Below, piece after piece: positions 17,946 through 27,802 of a stretch of 64,000 bases of DNA. The position numbers were made by a program, and so were the translations under genes. Under the pieces are notes generated by a model. The model was not told the origin of the DNA. It saw only the letters and a list, made by a program, of their open reading frames with translations, and ran no database searches. The number at the start of each line of letters is the position of its first letter. The stretch's first letter is position 1. The stretch comes from a virus (taxonomy: Duplodnaviria; Heunggongvirae; Uroviricota; Caudoviricetes): IMG/VR virus record IMGVR_UViG_3300025913_000018, one strand, 5' to 3'.

Positions 17946-18298
17946 CAGTCCGCCTCTTCCTCGGGGCCGCCCCACGCTTCGACCGCCGCTGCGTTGAACT
18001 GCTCGTCGTGAGCGTCGGCCCAGCGCTCGAAGGCTTCGCGCTCCTCCCTAAAGGCTTCGCGCTCCGACCCGTCGTCGGCCCGTACGCGGACCCCGAGGAT
18101 GTCCTCGACGCCCGGGGGCTGACCGTAGTAGTCGATATCCGAGGCGGCCGTGTACAGGCCCCCACTTCCCGGGAAACCCGGATCGATCGAGACGTCCACG
18201 ACGAACGTGATCCCTAGGAATCGGAGGTCTTCCCCTTGAAGGTCCGAACCTTCATGGAGGGTGATCTCGACGGTCGCGTCTGCTTCGGTGTCGCTCAT
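17945..18298 (-). CDS. highly acidic hypothetical protein
   Basis: 117 aa; promoter motif e ends ~8 nt upstream of the ATG. Confidence 0.55.
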   Translation of the reverse strand: MSDTEADATVEITLHEGSDLQGEDLRFLGITFVVDVSIDPGFPGSGGLYTAASDIDYYGQPPGVEDILGVRVRADDGSEREAFREEREAFERWADAHDEQFNAAAVEAWGGPEEEAD

Positions 18299-18304
18299 GG
18301 TCTT

Positions 18305-18334
18305 GTAACGAACGGGGGGAGCTTCCCTACACTC
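18305..18334 (-). promoter_or_regulatory. conserved 30-bp promoter-like motif, instance e
   Basis: Plus strand gtaacgaacgg-N11-ctacactc. Confidence 0.6.
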
Positions 18335-18773
18335 GAACCTTCATCTTGGTGACGGCGACGAGGGCGAGGATCTTCTTGTACCGAAGCTCGGCCGGAAGTA
18401 TCGGCCTTTCGACCGAAGGGAAGAAGGGGATCTGGAAGTCCTTCATATCCTTCACGTAGTCCCTCGTGAAGGAGTCGAGAGTGAGGAAGGGGATCGCCTC
18501 GGGGGAGATCATCCGCCGAGCCCTCTCTCGACTCGTGATGTCTGAGAAGGCTTCGAGAACGATCGACGACTCCCTCAAGGTTTCTTGGAGGATCTCGCGT
18601 TCGAAATCCATAGCGTCATCGATCAGGATCGCCGTCACCGGATGCCCGCGGAGGAGAGGGATTCCGTACGGGATGATGTCGGGCGCGTTCCCGTAGATGG
18701 TCTCCAGATCTACCACCGCGATCTTCGAGGGTCGCTTCGGAGATCGTTTCGACTTTCGCGAACCTCGACTCAT
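18327..18773 (-). CDS. hypothetical protein; possible RNase-H-fold/DEDD-like nuclease (VVDLETIYG)
   Basis: DxE(T) motif near the N-terminus; weak evidence. Confidence 0.4.
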   Translation of the reverse strand: MSRGSRKSKRSPKRPSKIAVVDLETIYGNAPDIIPYGIPLLRGHPVTAILIDDAMDFEREILQETLRESSIVLEAFSDITSRERARRMISPEAIPFLTLDSFTRDYVKDMKDFQIPFFPSVERPILPAELRYKKILALVAVTKMKVRV

Positions 18774-18780
18774 GGAACCG

Positions 18781-19566
18781 TTACTCCCCCGCGTTCGAGG
18801 CCAGGAGCGAACCCGTTCCCGAAGCGAACACCCGAGCCAGCGTCTTCTGAAGATCGGCGCCGAGCAGCGAATCGAGCTTCGAGAGAAGTGTCTCCATCGC
18901 CTCGACGATCGCGAGGAGCGCAGCGCGGTTCTCGGTCGTATCGGGAACCATCCCGACCACCGACTGGAGGGAAGAGTCCGGAGATCCGTACCGTCCCTTC
19001 GCGAAGATCTCGCCGACCTCCGGCCACCCGTCCTGGATCAGGTTCCGACCGCGCTGGGGAAGGGTGTAGTAGCGCCACTTCTTCTCGCCCAGGATCGTCG
19101 TCGTCTCGACCGCTTCGACCTTGAGTCCGACCCTCTTGTAGACGTCCAGGTGGGCCGTGGGGTATCCGAAGAGCGAGCGCTCGCTGACCTTCGTCCCGTA
19201 CGAGACGCCACCGTTGGGTCCGAACGGGTAGTGAGGCGCTTCCGGATCGTACCATCCCCCCTTCCCGTCGGGACGACGAGTCCCGTCCACGGTGACGAGC
19301 AGCATCCGCGACCAAGTCACGACCGCGCGCTCCTGGATCTCCTTCATCGCGAGCGCCGTGATGGCGTTGAGGTCGGTCCCTTCGTGGCGGATGTCGAAGT
19401 CGTTGTTGATCACGACGAACAAGGTCGAGCCGATGGGCATCGACCTCTGCTTGAAGCCCTCCTCCCTCGTCTTGGTCATGTAGACGTCGATCTCAAAGAC
19501 CTTTCCCTCGACCATGACGGTCTCGACGTCGATCTTCTTCCCACCGGTGACGGGTCGCTTCGCCAT
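18781..19566 (-). CDS. hypothetical protein
   Basis: 261-aa ORF. Confidence 0.55.
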   Translation of the reverse strand: MAKRPVTGGKKIDVETVMVEGKVFEIDVYMTKTREEGFKQRSMPIGSTLFVVINNDFDIRHEGTDLNAITALAMKEIQERAVVTWSRMLLVTVDGTRRPDGKGGWYDPEAPHYPFGPNGGVSYGTKVSERSLFGYPTAHLDVYKRVGLKVEAVETTTILGEKKWRYYTLPQRGRNLIQDGWPEVGEIFAKGRYGSPDSSLQSVVGMVPDTTENRAALLAIVEAMETLLSKLDSLLGADLQKTLARVFASGTGSLLASNAGE

Positions 19567-19569
19567 GAT

Positions 19570-19875
19570 CTACTCCCACTCCAACAAGAGCCAGACGCCT
19601 CGATCCGGGATCGTCCCCGACGAGTACGAGAGGGTGGCCTCAGAAGGACCCACGGAGACCTTCCAGTCGTGAGGGAAGTCCTCCAGAAAGGCCCCTTGAA
19701 GGTGGACCGGCGAGTAGGGGAGCGTCGGGGAAACGCTCTCCGAACGAAACCTCGGAAGGGTCCAGACCGCCTCGGGGCGCTGCCTCTTCAGAGGCGCGAA
19801 CGAGATGCGGACGGTCCCCTTCCCGGGAGGTACCCACAGCAACTGTTGAAGCTTCGACACGGTTCCTTCTCTCAC
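19570..19875 (-). CDS. hypothetical protein
   Basis: 101 aa; promoter motif f immediately upstream. Confidence 0.45.
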   Translation of the reverse strand: MREGTVSKLQQLLWVPPGKGTVRISFAPLKRQRPEAVWTLPRFRSESVSPTLPYSPVHLQGAFLEDFPHDWKVSVGPSEATLSYSSGTIPDRGVWLLLEWE

Positions 19876-19877
19876 TC

Positions 19878-19907
19878 GTAACGAACGAGCGCGGAACCTT
19901 TACACTC
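19878..19907 (-). promoter_or_regulatory. conserved 30-bp promoter-like motif, instance f
   Basis: Plus strand gtaacgaacga-N11-ttacactc. Confidence 0.6.
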
Positions 19908-19910
19908 CGA

Positions 19911-20141
19911 TCAGGTACCGCCGACGCAGGGCATGTCCCCGCACCACGCCGGGGCGTCTACGTTCGCGTCTCCCGAGCCCGAGTCAAGCCCGACGTCCGC
20001 CTGACCTACGTCGAATCCGGAGTCGGCGTCGTCGCTCGCGTCGAGAAGCGGAGCCGAGTCCGCGTAGCCCGAATCGGAGACCGGATTCGTGGAACACGAA
20101 CATCCAGAGAGAACCGAGAGAACCAGAAAAAAACGCATCAT
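19911..20141 (-). CDS. small Asp/Ser/Gly-rich lipoprotein
   Basis: MMRFFLVLSVLSGC lipobox signal peptide; GAAGGA SD. Confidence 0.55.
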   Translation of the reverse strand: MMRFFLVLSVLSGCSCSTNPVSDSGYADSAPLLDASDDADSGFDVGQADVGLDSGSGDANVDAPAWCGDMPCVGGT

Positions 20142-20368
20142 TCCTTCTTCTGAGGCTCCTTCAAGCCCCCTCCGTTCATGTAGTGAGCACCGCACTTCGA
20201 GCACCAGGTATTCGTCGTTGCCGACATCTGGTGAGATCCTCCCGGGCCGTAGACCCGGTGCATGGGGTCCCCTCGGTACTCGTGGGTCGTGTGAGAAACC
20301 AGGGCGCCTCCGCAACCGGAACAGAACGTTCCAGTCTCGGCGGGCCCTGGTTTGATCTCTCGCTTCAC
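20138..20368 (-). CDS. zinc-ribbon protein
   Basis: CSGCGG...CSKCG. Confidence 0.45.
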   Translation of the reverse strand: MKREIKPGPAETGTFCSGCGGALVSHTTHEYRGDPMHRVYGPGGSHQMSATTNTWCSKCGAHYMNGGGLKEPQKKE

Positions 20369-20371
20369 CGA

Positions 20372-20770
20372 TCAGCGACCGCGATCGCCCCGACGGCCGC
20401 GCGAGTCGTCACCCCGATCGTCTCGACGACCACCCCCGCCTCCGCCGCCGAAGTCGTCACGACGACCTCCACCGAAGCTCGTGGGACGGCCGCCTCCCCC
20501 TCCTCCGCCACCGGCCGAGCGCTCCAGGGCCTCGTTCACGTTGATGGTGCGGGGCGGGTTGCCCATGACGCTTCCATCCATCGCCTTGATCGCCTTCGCG
20601 GCCTGATCGTCGGTCGCGTACGTGACGAACCCGAACCCGCGCGAACGACCCGTCTCCCGATCGGAGATCACCTTGGCATCGCGGACGTCGCCGAAGGAGA
20701 CAAACGCCTCCTTCAGATCCTCGTCGTTGACGCCCCACGGAAGACCACCCACGAACAGCTTCTTTCCCAT
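20372..20770 (-). CDS. glycine-rich RNA-binding protein with RRM domain
   Basis: RNP-2 KLFVGGLPW and RNP-1 RGFGFVTY, followed by GGGGGGGG / RGG-like tail. Confidence 0.8.
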   Translation of the reverse strand: MGKKLFVGGLPWGVNDEDLKEAFVSFGDVRDAKVISDRETGRSRGFGFVTYATDDQAAKAIKAMDGSVMGNPPRTINVNEALERSAGGGGGGGGRPTSFGGGRRDDFGGGGGGGRRDDRGDDSRGRRGDRGR

Positions 20771-20846
20771 CTCACGACTCCCTTGAGTTCAGAACCAGGC
20801 ACCAGAGAAGCAACCTTACGCTCCAATCAGAGCGGATTCGACCGGG

Positions 20847-21437
20847 TCAATCCTCTTCTTCGGGCTCGGGAGGGAAGACCTTCGAAAGCTCGCGGACTCC
20901 CTGAGCGAAGTTCTTCAGTACCTTCTCGACCTTCCGAAGACTGTCCAATTCGTCGGCGATGCAGTAGGCTTCTTGGATCGTGATCTGAAGGGAGCGTCCC
21001 TTGCTCTCGAAGGCGTAGTCTTTCAGCTTCCGGGTGTCGATGATGTTGGGCTCGTTCCACTCCCCCTTCGCGAAGAAACCGTCGCTGGGTCTCGGGTTCG
21101 GAGCAGGGTCCGGAATGTCTCTCGGAGGTCCTTCGGCCCGTTCACCGTCTTTGAACCCTGGGAGGAACTTCACTCCCACCGTATGGGGGACGGCGATCCG
21201 GAAGCTCAACCCACAGTTCTGACACGAATGGGTGTGGTGAGGTTTCGTCGCGAAAGCTCCCTCGTCGATGTGGCGGGTATGACACATCGGACACTGAAGG
21301 ATCATCGGGATCGGAGCGAGGAGCTTCGCGACCTCGTGGACGATAACCCCCTCAGTAAGATCCACGTTCTTCGGGAGTCGATCGTCGAGGAGCGCGCGCA
21401 GCATGTCGTAGAGGGTCGGCTTTCCGGACTCAATCAT
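20847..21437 (-). CDS. zinc-binding hypothetical protein
   Basis: CPMCH...H.H.C.NC; 196 aa. Confidence 0.5.
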   Translation of the reverse strand: MIESGKPTLYDMLRALLDDRLPKNVDLTEGVIVHEVAKLLAPIPMILQCPMCHTRHIDEGAFATKPHHTHSCQNCGLSFRIAVPHTVGVKFLPGFKDGERAEGPPRDIPDPAPNPRPSDGFFAKGEWNEPNIIDTRKLKDYAFESKGRSLQITIQEAYCIADELDSLRKVEKVLKNFAQGVRELSKVFPPEPEEED

Positions 21438-21727
21438 GAGAACACCTCTTTCACGACAGACGGGGGGAGGGCCGGGATCTCCCTACAGGAGCACCGGTCA
21501 CATCGATCCGTTCGAAGACCTTCGGGGATCGGACCTTCCGGCTCGACCCAGATACGGATGTCGGTCGAGGCTTCCGTCGTCGGAGCGTCGCCGCGAACGT
21601 GACGGACGACTCCCGTGAGAACGAACTTCTTCGCGGTGAACTTCAGCTGAGCCCCGGCGAGAGAGCCCGGTGGGTCGTCTGCTTGGAGGATCTCGACCCG
21701 AACTCGGTCGCCCTTGTTGAGGTACAT
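21434..21727 (-). CDS. hypothetical protein
   Basis: 97 aa with ATGA overlap. Confidence 0.45.
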   Translation of the reverse strand: MYLNKGDRVRVEILQADDPPGSLAGAQLKFTAKKFVLTGVVRHVRGDAPTTEASTDIRIWVEPEGPIPEGLRTDRCDRCSCREIPALPPSVVKEVFS

Positions 21728-21750
21728 CCAGCCCTTACCCCCCTAGGAAC

Positions 21751-22371
21751 TTACGGGATACGACAAAGACCTCTTACCCAACTCCACCATTGTTGGTAGG
21801 TGCGTTCCACCTGACGATAGAAATTGGCGTCCGAAGAGTACCCGTCTCGGTACGACTCAACCTGTTCCAATCCCCCAGGAGACGCCGGGTCGCATCGACT
21901 CGTACTGATACGGTGGATGTTTCCGCTCAGTTCCATCGAAGCCTGTTCCGAAGGAACTGAGAATTGCTGTCCTCCAACTGGTCGTCTGAGTAGCTCCAAC
22001 ACGACCCTCAAGGGACGGATCTCGTACCCTCGGGCGGACGGATCCTCCATCTGAAGCGCCGAATTGATCTCGACCTCACATTGCCTTACGCTCGCTCGGC
22101 AAGCCTCGTCGTAGAACGAGTACACGGTCGGATCCGAGGACGGACGACAGATCGCGGTGACGTTCAGGAGCGCTCCGGACGCCTGCTGAAGAGCGGCTAT
22201 CGTTGGACCGAGAAGCGTCGTCGGGTAGTCGGGCGTCTGGGCCACCGTGCTGCACTCGGACGGGACACGACCATGGGCCCCGTGAGGCGGTTGGGCTCTC
22301 GCGCCCGCCCCCGCATACCCTAGGACTGCTGTCGCCGCGAGTATGGAAATCGAAACACAGATCTTCTTCAT
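21751..22371 (-). CDS. secreted hypothetical protein
   Basis: N-terminal signal peptide MKKICVSISILAATAVLGYAGAGARA; GGAGGGA SD. Confidence 0.55.
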   Translation of the reverse strand: MKKICVSISILAATAVLGYAGAGARAQPPHGAHGRVPSECSTVAQTPDYPTTLLGPTIAALQQASGALLNVTAICRPSSDPTVYSFYDEACRASVRQCEVEINSALQMEDPSARGYEIRPLRVVLELLRRPVGGQQFSVPSEQASMELSGNIHRISTSRCDPASPGGLEQVESYRDGYSSDANFYRQVERTYQQWWSWVRGLCRIP

Positions 22372-22400
22372 CTAATCCCTCCGAATGCGTTTAGGGAATC

Positions 22401-22604
22401 TCACTCCGCTTCGGTAAAGCGGATCGTGATCCTCTGGCCCGACTCGACGATCTCACCCTGGGCGACCCAGGAGCGCTTTCCTCGGACGCGCTTCGCGCTG
22501 GTCGAGTGGACGAGGAAGTGACCGGTGAGGTCCGCTCCCGTGACGTCGAGGGAGTAGACCTTCCCGGGCTGAACTTCGAAGGTGACGGGGCGAGTGGTGG
22601 CCAT
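22401..22604 (-). CDS. small hypothetical protein
   Basis: 67 aa; promoter motif g 10 nt upstream. Confidence 0.45.
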   Translation of the reverse strand: MATTRPVTFEVQPGKVYSLDVTGADLTGHFLVHSTSAKRVRGKRSWVAQGEIVESGQRITIRFTEAE

Positions 22605-22614
22605 AGGTATCTCG

Positions 22615-22644
22615 GTAACGACCGAGCGCCGCTAGGTTACACTC
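22615..22644 (-). promoter_or_regulatory. conserved 30-bp promoter-like motif, instance g
   Basis: Plus strand gtaacgaccga-N11-ttacactc. Confidence 0.55.
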
Positions 22645-23059
22645 ACTCCAGTTCGAGCGAGACGATCTGCTCCGGAACGACCTTCAGGTCCTCGCTACCG
22701 CAGTAGCATTCGGCCAGGTAGAAGATGACGTTTCGGTGAACCTGATCGTCGCGGGACTGCTCGATCCGCCGATGCGCTCGGGCGAGGAGCCGAGCCCGCT
22801 GTTCTTCGATCGGGGAAGCCTTCTCCGGATCTCCGAAGCGATGGTAGCGGAAGAGCCCGCCCCACCCGTGCATCCCGACCTTCCGGAAGACGCGACCGTC
22901 GGTGAGCGTCAGCTTGAAGATCCCGTACTCCCCGCACCGCCCTTCCCCGCCCGAGTCTCGAATGCTCTGGGCGTGTGCGGCGATCTCCGCGAGCGCGGTC
23001 TTCTCTCGAACGTCGTTGAAGAACGAAACCCCTACCGGACTCTTCAATGGAACCCCCAT
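22643..23059 (-). CDS. hypothetical protein
   Basis: 138-aa ORF. Confidence 0.5.
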   Translation of the reverse strand: MGVPLKSPVGVSFFNDVREKTALAEIAAHAQSIRDSGGEGRCGEYGIFKLTLTDGRVFRKVGMHGWGGLFRYHRFGDPEKASPIEEQRARLLARAHRRIEQSRDDQVHRNVIFYLAECYCGSEDLKVVPEQIVSLELE

Positions 23060-23247
23060 CGAGCGGCCTCTTGGATGAAGAGGCGAAGTAGATCAGGACC
23101 TGTCGTTTCCAGAGCGCCCCACGTGAAGACCTTCTTCACCTTCATGAGGCGTCCGCAGGCGTCCGCGCAGACGGGCCGGTTGTCGAACATCAAGGCCTTC
23201 CGACCTCGAAGGTTCTCTCGACACGCTGCGCAGAACATCCCCTTCAC
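23044..23247 (-). CDS. small zinc-binding protein
   Basis: CAACREN...CADACG. Confidence 0.4.
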   Translation of the reverse strand: MKGMFCAACRENLRGRKALMFDNRPVCADACGRLMKVKKVFTWGALETTGPDLLRLFIQEAARWGFH

Positions 23248-23256
23248 GGGAAGACC

Positions 23257-23583
23257 TCAGCCGCGGAGCTTGTAGACGGCGCTGCGCGAAATCCCGAGCC
23301 GACGCGCGGCCTCCGAGACGTTCCCGCCCGAAGCCGAGAGCGTCTCGTGAACGAGCGCGGTCGTGATCTTCCGCTCCTCCGTCTGCTCCTTCGGAGCGTC
23401 CATCGCCCCCGCCATCTTCCGGGTCCGCTTCCGAGCCGCTCGCGGGGGCTGGAAGGTCGTACCCATCTGGAGCTTCGCGATGGCGTCCAGGGCGACCTGC
23501 CGAGCCGAAGCCTGGATCAGGTCGGAGAGGTCCTTCGTGAAGGTGTCGATTGCGTTCTGGATCTGTGTGCTCATGTTCTTCAT
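23257..23583 (-). CDS. Fis-type HTH DNA-binding protein
   Basis: C-terminus GNVSEAARRLGISRSAVYKLRG matches the Fis/NtrC-family HTH. Confidence 0.65.
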   Translation of the reverse strand: MKNMSTQIQNAIDTFTKDLSDLIQASARQVALDAIAKLQMGTTFQPPRAARKRTRKMAGAMDAPKEQTEERKITTALVHETLSASGGNVSEAARRLGISRSAVYKLRG

Positions 23584-23644
23584 CTCTTACTCTCCGGGGA
23601 GTATCCCCCTCTCAGACTCTACCAGTACGGATGGCTTGAAAGCC

Positions 23645-23988
23645 CTACGGACGGAACTCGTTCGGAACCTTCAGGAGGTCCAATTCTTCGGCGGAGAGGC
23701 CCGCCTCGCGAAGCTTCTTGGCGAGGGCCAGCTTCCGCGTCTCTTCTTCGGTCGGGGCCGAGACCTTCACGGCTTCGCCCATAACGATGCGAAGGTCTCG
23801 ATTCTTGTCGGCGATGACCTGGATCTTCACGACCTTCGCCCCAGGGCGATCGCGAACGAGAAGAGCAGCGGAATCCTCCGACCAGTAGAAGAGATCCGTC
23901 GACCCTTCCTTTTCGCCCTCCACGGCGAAGACGGTGTAGATCTTGCCTGGAAGGATGGCGGGAATCTTGAACGGTTTCGGATTCTTCA
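23645..23988 (-). CDS. hypothetical protein
   Basis: MKNPKPFKIPAILPGKIYTVF...; ATGA overlap. Confidence 0.45.
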
Positions 23989-24477
23989 TGACGACTTTAC
24001 TCCCTGTAGGACTTGCTTCTCTTCTGAGTCGGAGAGCGTCCACAACCCCATCATACCCTTCGCCGGAACGGGTATGGAGAGGGGTCGGACGTCCTCCAAA
24101 AGCCACCCTACCGGCCCGAGCCACCACGGATCTGAGTCGAGGGTGAGAAGCCGCGCTCGAAGCGCCTCGTTCGGGTCCGAGTCGCTGAAGAGGTCGAGGA
24201 TCCCCCGGTCCCCCGCCATACGAATCTCCCGCCTCCCGTCCCGAAGGTCCAACGCGCCAACGACGATTGCCGTAGCCACGACGGCCGACCTCGGGAGGGG
24301 TTCGGGTATCTCGACGCCAGGAGGGAGCTTCCAGGCGTCCTTACGGGCCGCCCCCGCGTGGATAGCGAACCTCTCTCCAAGAAGGTTCTCCGGAGGGAGC
24401 CAGGTCCGGTTCTCCACGAACTTTCCGTAGAGGGCTACGCCGCTCGCGTAGGGCTGCCAAAGGGTGAGGGCTCTCAT
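23986..24477 (-). CDS. ASCH domain protein
   Basis: MRALTLWQPYASGVALYGKFVENRTW matches the ASCH/PUA-like N-terminal signature. Confidence 0.65.
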   Translation of the reverse strand: MRALTLWQPYASGVALYGKFVENRTWLPPENLLGERFAIHAGAARKDAWKLPPGVEIPEPLPRSAVVATAIVVGALDLRDGRREIRMAGDRGILDLFSDSDPNEALRARLLTLDSDPWWLGPVGWLLEDVRPLSIPVPAKGMMGLWTLSDSEEKQVLQGVKSS

Positions 24478-24715
24478 TGTCGGACGATCTTGTGGAGGCG
24501 GCCGTCGCTGTCGTAGATGAACGTTTCAAGGAGAGGGACGACCAAGTCTTGGGGCGCGCGACGGTGAGCCTTTCGGTAGTCCTCGATCGGCCACACCTTC
24601 TCGACGTTGTGGTGTCCGCCGTAGATCTCGTAGACCACGACCTCCGAGTCCCCCTTTCCGTAGATGTACGTACAGGTCGGCTTCCCGGGGAAACGGTAGG
24701 GGTGGCCGCTCACGC
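24474..24715 (-). CDS. small hypothetical protein (GTG start)
   Basis: VSGHPYRFPGKPTCTYIYGKG...; GTGA coupling. Confidence 0.35.
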
Positions 24716-25006
24716 GGGGAAAGCCGCGACGCTCGCCTTCAGGTCGTCCTCTCGACGACGAAGCTCCGAGAACGCGTCGAGGACGGCCCCATCGGGAGTC
24801 GAACTGATTCGACCGAACTCTCCGGAGAGACCCTCGACCGTACATGTCCAGTTGTCCCGACGGACGGTGGTAGAGATCCTCTCCGTCCACTTCTCCAGAA
24901 GGAGCTTCGTGTGGGATGTCAACGACACGCGCCACACCCTCGGCTTCTCGCAGGTGAACCGGAGGCCTCGAACGATCATGTCCTTCGACTCGGAGGGGTC
25001 AGTCAT
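24710..25006 (-). CDS. hypothetical protein
   Basis: 98-aa ORF. Confidence 0.45.
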   Translation of the reverse strand: MTDPSESKDMIVRGLRFTCEKPRVWRVSLTSHTKLLLEKWTERISTTVRRDNWTCTVEGLSGEFGRISSTPDGAVLDAFSELRRREDDLKASVAAFPA

Positions 25007-25984
25007 GGTTCTCCTCGCTCGAACAGAGCGCTTTCGCCATCGCCGGGGTGATGAACGAGAGGTCGATCGGATTGTCCAATCTCTCGTTGATCACTTCCGC
25101 TACTTCCTTCGGGGAAAGGCTGCTGCCTCTCTCCCGATTCGATCCGCCGATGATGTCCGAGCCTCCCCACGGGGCGTCATCCTCGGCGCTGAGGGCTCCG
25201 TACAGGTCCTGGACCGGGAAGTCGACGTACCGCGAACGCCGACCGATCGTATAGACGTTCCGACCGTCGGGGCGCCGAGCGACGAGGCTCACGTACCCGT
25301 CGAGCTTCCCTTCCGCGAAGAGAGCGAATCGGGCGTCATTCCCTCCCGTCTCTTCGATCACCTTGAAACGAGGCGACTCGTAGAGGACGTGGTGTCGAGT
25401 GTCCAGGTTTCGGAGACCGGCCGAACCCATGAACGCTTGGGTGAGGTTGTTCATCACCGACTGGATACAGTTTCGGATTACCGACTCGTTCGCAGCCGCG
25501 AGCGCGCCCGACTTTCGGAGGTCCGAGTACGGGCTAAAGACCCAGGTGTGCTGCTGGAGAACCCGTTCATCGAGGCTCATCGGATAGGCGCCGCCGGTGA
25601 TGTCGAGGCGATCGCTCAGTTCGAGGAAGCGGTTGATGATGGGGTGGCTCTGGACGCCGGTGAAGCTCTTCCACCGCGAGATCAACCAGACCGCGAAGGA
25701 GGTGTCCTGGTCCGGATCATTCACGTAGATCGTCGCGTTCCCGTCGAACCGCTCCATGAGGCCGCCCTTGATCGCGAACATGACCTGCTTCGCGGTGCTC
25801 ATGGTCGCTTCTCGGATGCACGAGTCGTGGTGGTCGAAGTTGACGTGGAGCGTACGCTCGTTCCAGTTCGGACCTCCGGTCACGATCCCGTCGAGCGCGA
25901 TCGAACACTTCGGCGCAGAGGCCACGAAGGCCTCCCAGGTCATGACGTGACGCGGGAGGACGACGAGATTGATGTTGTCGTTCA
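24999..25984 (-). CDS. hypothetical protein (328 aa)
   Basis: MNDNINLVVLPRHVMTWEAF...; contains VNFDHHD. No confident family. Confidence 0.5.
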
Positions 25985-26353
25985 TTCGTGGGCTTTGATG
26001 GAGCTCATGAGGTCGATCGCGAGCTTGTAGCTCTCGCACTCCGGGTTTACGCCCGAGACAATCGTGTACGAGCCTTCGCCGAAGAGAAGGTGGAGGTGCC
26101 ACCCCTCATTCTCCTCAGTCGCCCCGTCGTCTCTCCAGGAAGCCTCCGACTCTGGGTCCCGGTACACGAGCCACTCCGAAGGGATCTTCACGTCCCGATC
26201 GAAGTGACGAAGAGGCTCGGTGTCCTCTTCCGAGTCCACTCCCGCGATCTCCGCCTCGGGCCAGGTCAAGGAGATCAGCTTCAGGAGAAAGCGCGCCTTC
26301 GAGGGCGTCGGCTTCGATTCCAGGATGTGGTCGTGTCCTCCGATCTCCATCAC
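25982..26353 (-). CDS. acidic hypothetical protein
   Basis: 123 aa. Confidence 0.5.
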   Translation of the reverse strand: MMEIGGHDHILESKPTPSKARFLLKLISLTWPEAEIAGVDSEEDTEPLRHFDRDVKIPSEWLVYRDPESEASWRDDGATEENEGWHLHLLFGEGSYTIVSGVNPECESYKLAIDLMSSIKAHE

Positions 26354-26655
26354 TTCTCTCCTCGGTAGAGCCTCTGGGCGGCTGCCAGGCCCTTCTCTCG
26401 AAGCTCCTTCTCGAACTCATCGAGAAGGCGCCAGGAGCTTAGGGCGCAGAAGGCGCGAGCCAGCCACTCGGGCAACCCACACCATCTCCCTTCCTCGTCC
26501 ACGAACCCCTCGCGAACATAGTGGGCCGCGAGGAAAAGCGAATGGGTGTCGTTCTTTTCCGGCTGCAGATTCGGCCAGTCGACGAATCGAGGATCCCACG
26601 TCGCCGGGTCTTCTCCGAGGAGATGAGTCCAGTTCGCTCGGCGCGCTTCGGTCAC
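26350..26655 (-). CDS. hypothetical protein
   Basis: 101 aa with ATGA overlaps. Confidence 0.5.
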   Translation of the reverse strand: MTEARRANWTHLLGEDPATWDPRFVDWPNLQPEKNDTHSLFLAAHYVREGFVDEEGRWCGLPEWLARAFCALSSWRLLDEFEKELREKGLAAAQRLYRGEK

Positions 26656-27587
26656 GCGTTCTTCCCTTCGTATCGCTCACCGGTGTCGGTGAACACGATG
26701 CCGTCTTCGAGAGTCACTCGAACCGGACGAGTCTCGAAGCGCTCGCGGCTCGTCTTCTTGTCGCGCCGTTCCTCGTGGAGAGCGTCATTCTCGTCCCACC
26801 GATCGAAGATCTCCTCGACCTCGGCCTTCGTCTCGTAGATGCAGTACCCGAGCAGGTTGGAGACGATCGCCTTCGGACCGCCTTCCTTTTCCAGAATCGC
26901 GAAGCCCTCCACCGGACCGAAGTAGAGATCGGTCGCCAGCTCGTTGACCGTCTTGAACGCCGGGAGGAATCGAGCGACGAGCAGGGCCCGATCGACCTTC
27001 TGCGCGGCCGAGATCGGAAGGGGGTTCCCGTTGTCGTCCTTCCGGTTGAGGAGCCGACTCCACGAGATCGCCGTACAGGAAGCGCTCACGATCGTGAGAG
27101 CCTTCTCCAGCGGGGAGACGTGGTCCTTCATCGACCGAGGGACCTCGTCTCGGTGGTGGTCCTTCACGAGATGCCAGATCGCGGCAAGGACCGCCCACGG
27201 ATCTTCGATCCCCTTCTCGATCGAGTCGAGAAGGTCCGGGAAGGTCGCGAACAGAGACTCCGACCCATCGTGGGATTCCTGGAGGAAGGCGAGGCGCGAG
27301 AGGTCCTGGGGCTTCGCCCATTCCTCAGCGAACCGGAACCACCCGTCCACGAGGTCCTGACAGGCGCTCGAATTCGCGCAGCAACCTCCGATGTAGAACT
27401 CACCGTCGTTTCGCGCGATCTTCACCCACGTCTCGGCCGAGAACGGGATCGACACGGACGAGAAGCGAGGGAGGTCGAAGCGCTTTCGATCGACCCCAGG
27501 CTCTCCTCGGTACTCGTAGTCGAACCCGTACTCGCACCCGAGCTTCGTGAGGGCAGCCTTCGCGGTTTCGAAGTCGATTTTGCTCAT
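26652..27587 (-). CDS. hypothetical protein (311 aa)
   Basis: Long ORF with codon-like composition. Confidence 0.55.
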   Translation of the reverse strand: MSKIDFETAKAALTKLGCEYGFDYEYRGEPGVDRKRFDLPRFSSVSIPFSAETWVKIARNDGEFYIGGCCANSSACQDLVDGWFRFAEEWAKPQDLSRLAFLQESHDGSESLFATFPDLLDSIEKGIEDPWAVLAAIWHLVKDHHRDEVPRSMKDHVSPLEKALTIVSASCTAISWSRLLNRKDDNGNPLPISAAQKVDRALLVARFLPAFKTVNELATDLYFGPVEGFAILEKEGGPKAIVSNLLGYCIYETKAEVEEIFDRWDENDALHEERRDKKTSRERFETRPVRVTLEDGIVFTDTGERYEGKNA

Positions 27588-27802
27588 GTCTTGGGCTTAC
27601 GCTTCTTCGGCTTCGACATCGCCAGGAGGATTCGAAGAAGACGCTCTCGCTCCTGGAACTTCTCCTCCGTGGAGAGCCTACCGAAAGCGTCGTAGTCCCC
27701 TTCAGGAGGGTCCTTACCCATCTCCGCGCGATAGTCCTGGCGATAGCGCTCCTCACATCCCGCATCGAGCTGGGCGAACGTGAAGGGGGCCGACAACTTC
27801 AT
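27584..27802 (-). CDS. small hypothetical protein
   Basis: MKLSAPFTFAQLDAGCEERYRQDY... Confidence 0.4.
   Translation of the reverse strand: MKLSAPFTFAQLDAGCEERYRQDYRAEMGKDPPEGDYDAFGRLSTEEKFQERERLLRILLAMSKPKKRKPKT

Noticed and set aside
20352-20606. Plus-strand proline-rich ORF (PPPPPPP).
   Set aside because: It is the exact antisense of the Gly-rich tail of the RRM protein, so it is a compositional artefact.
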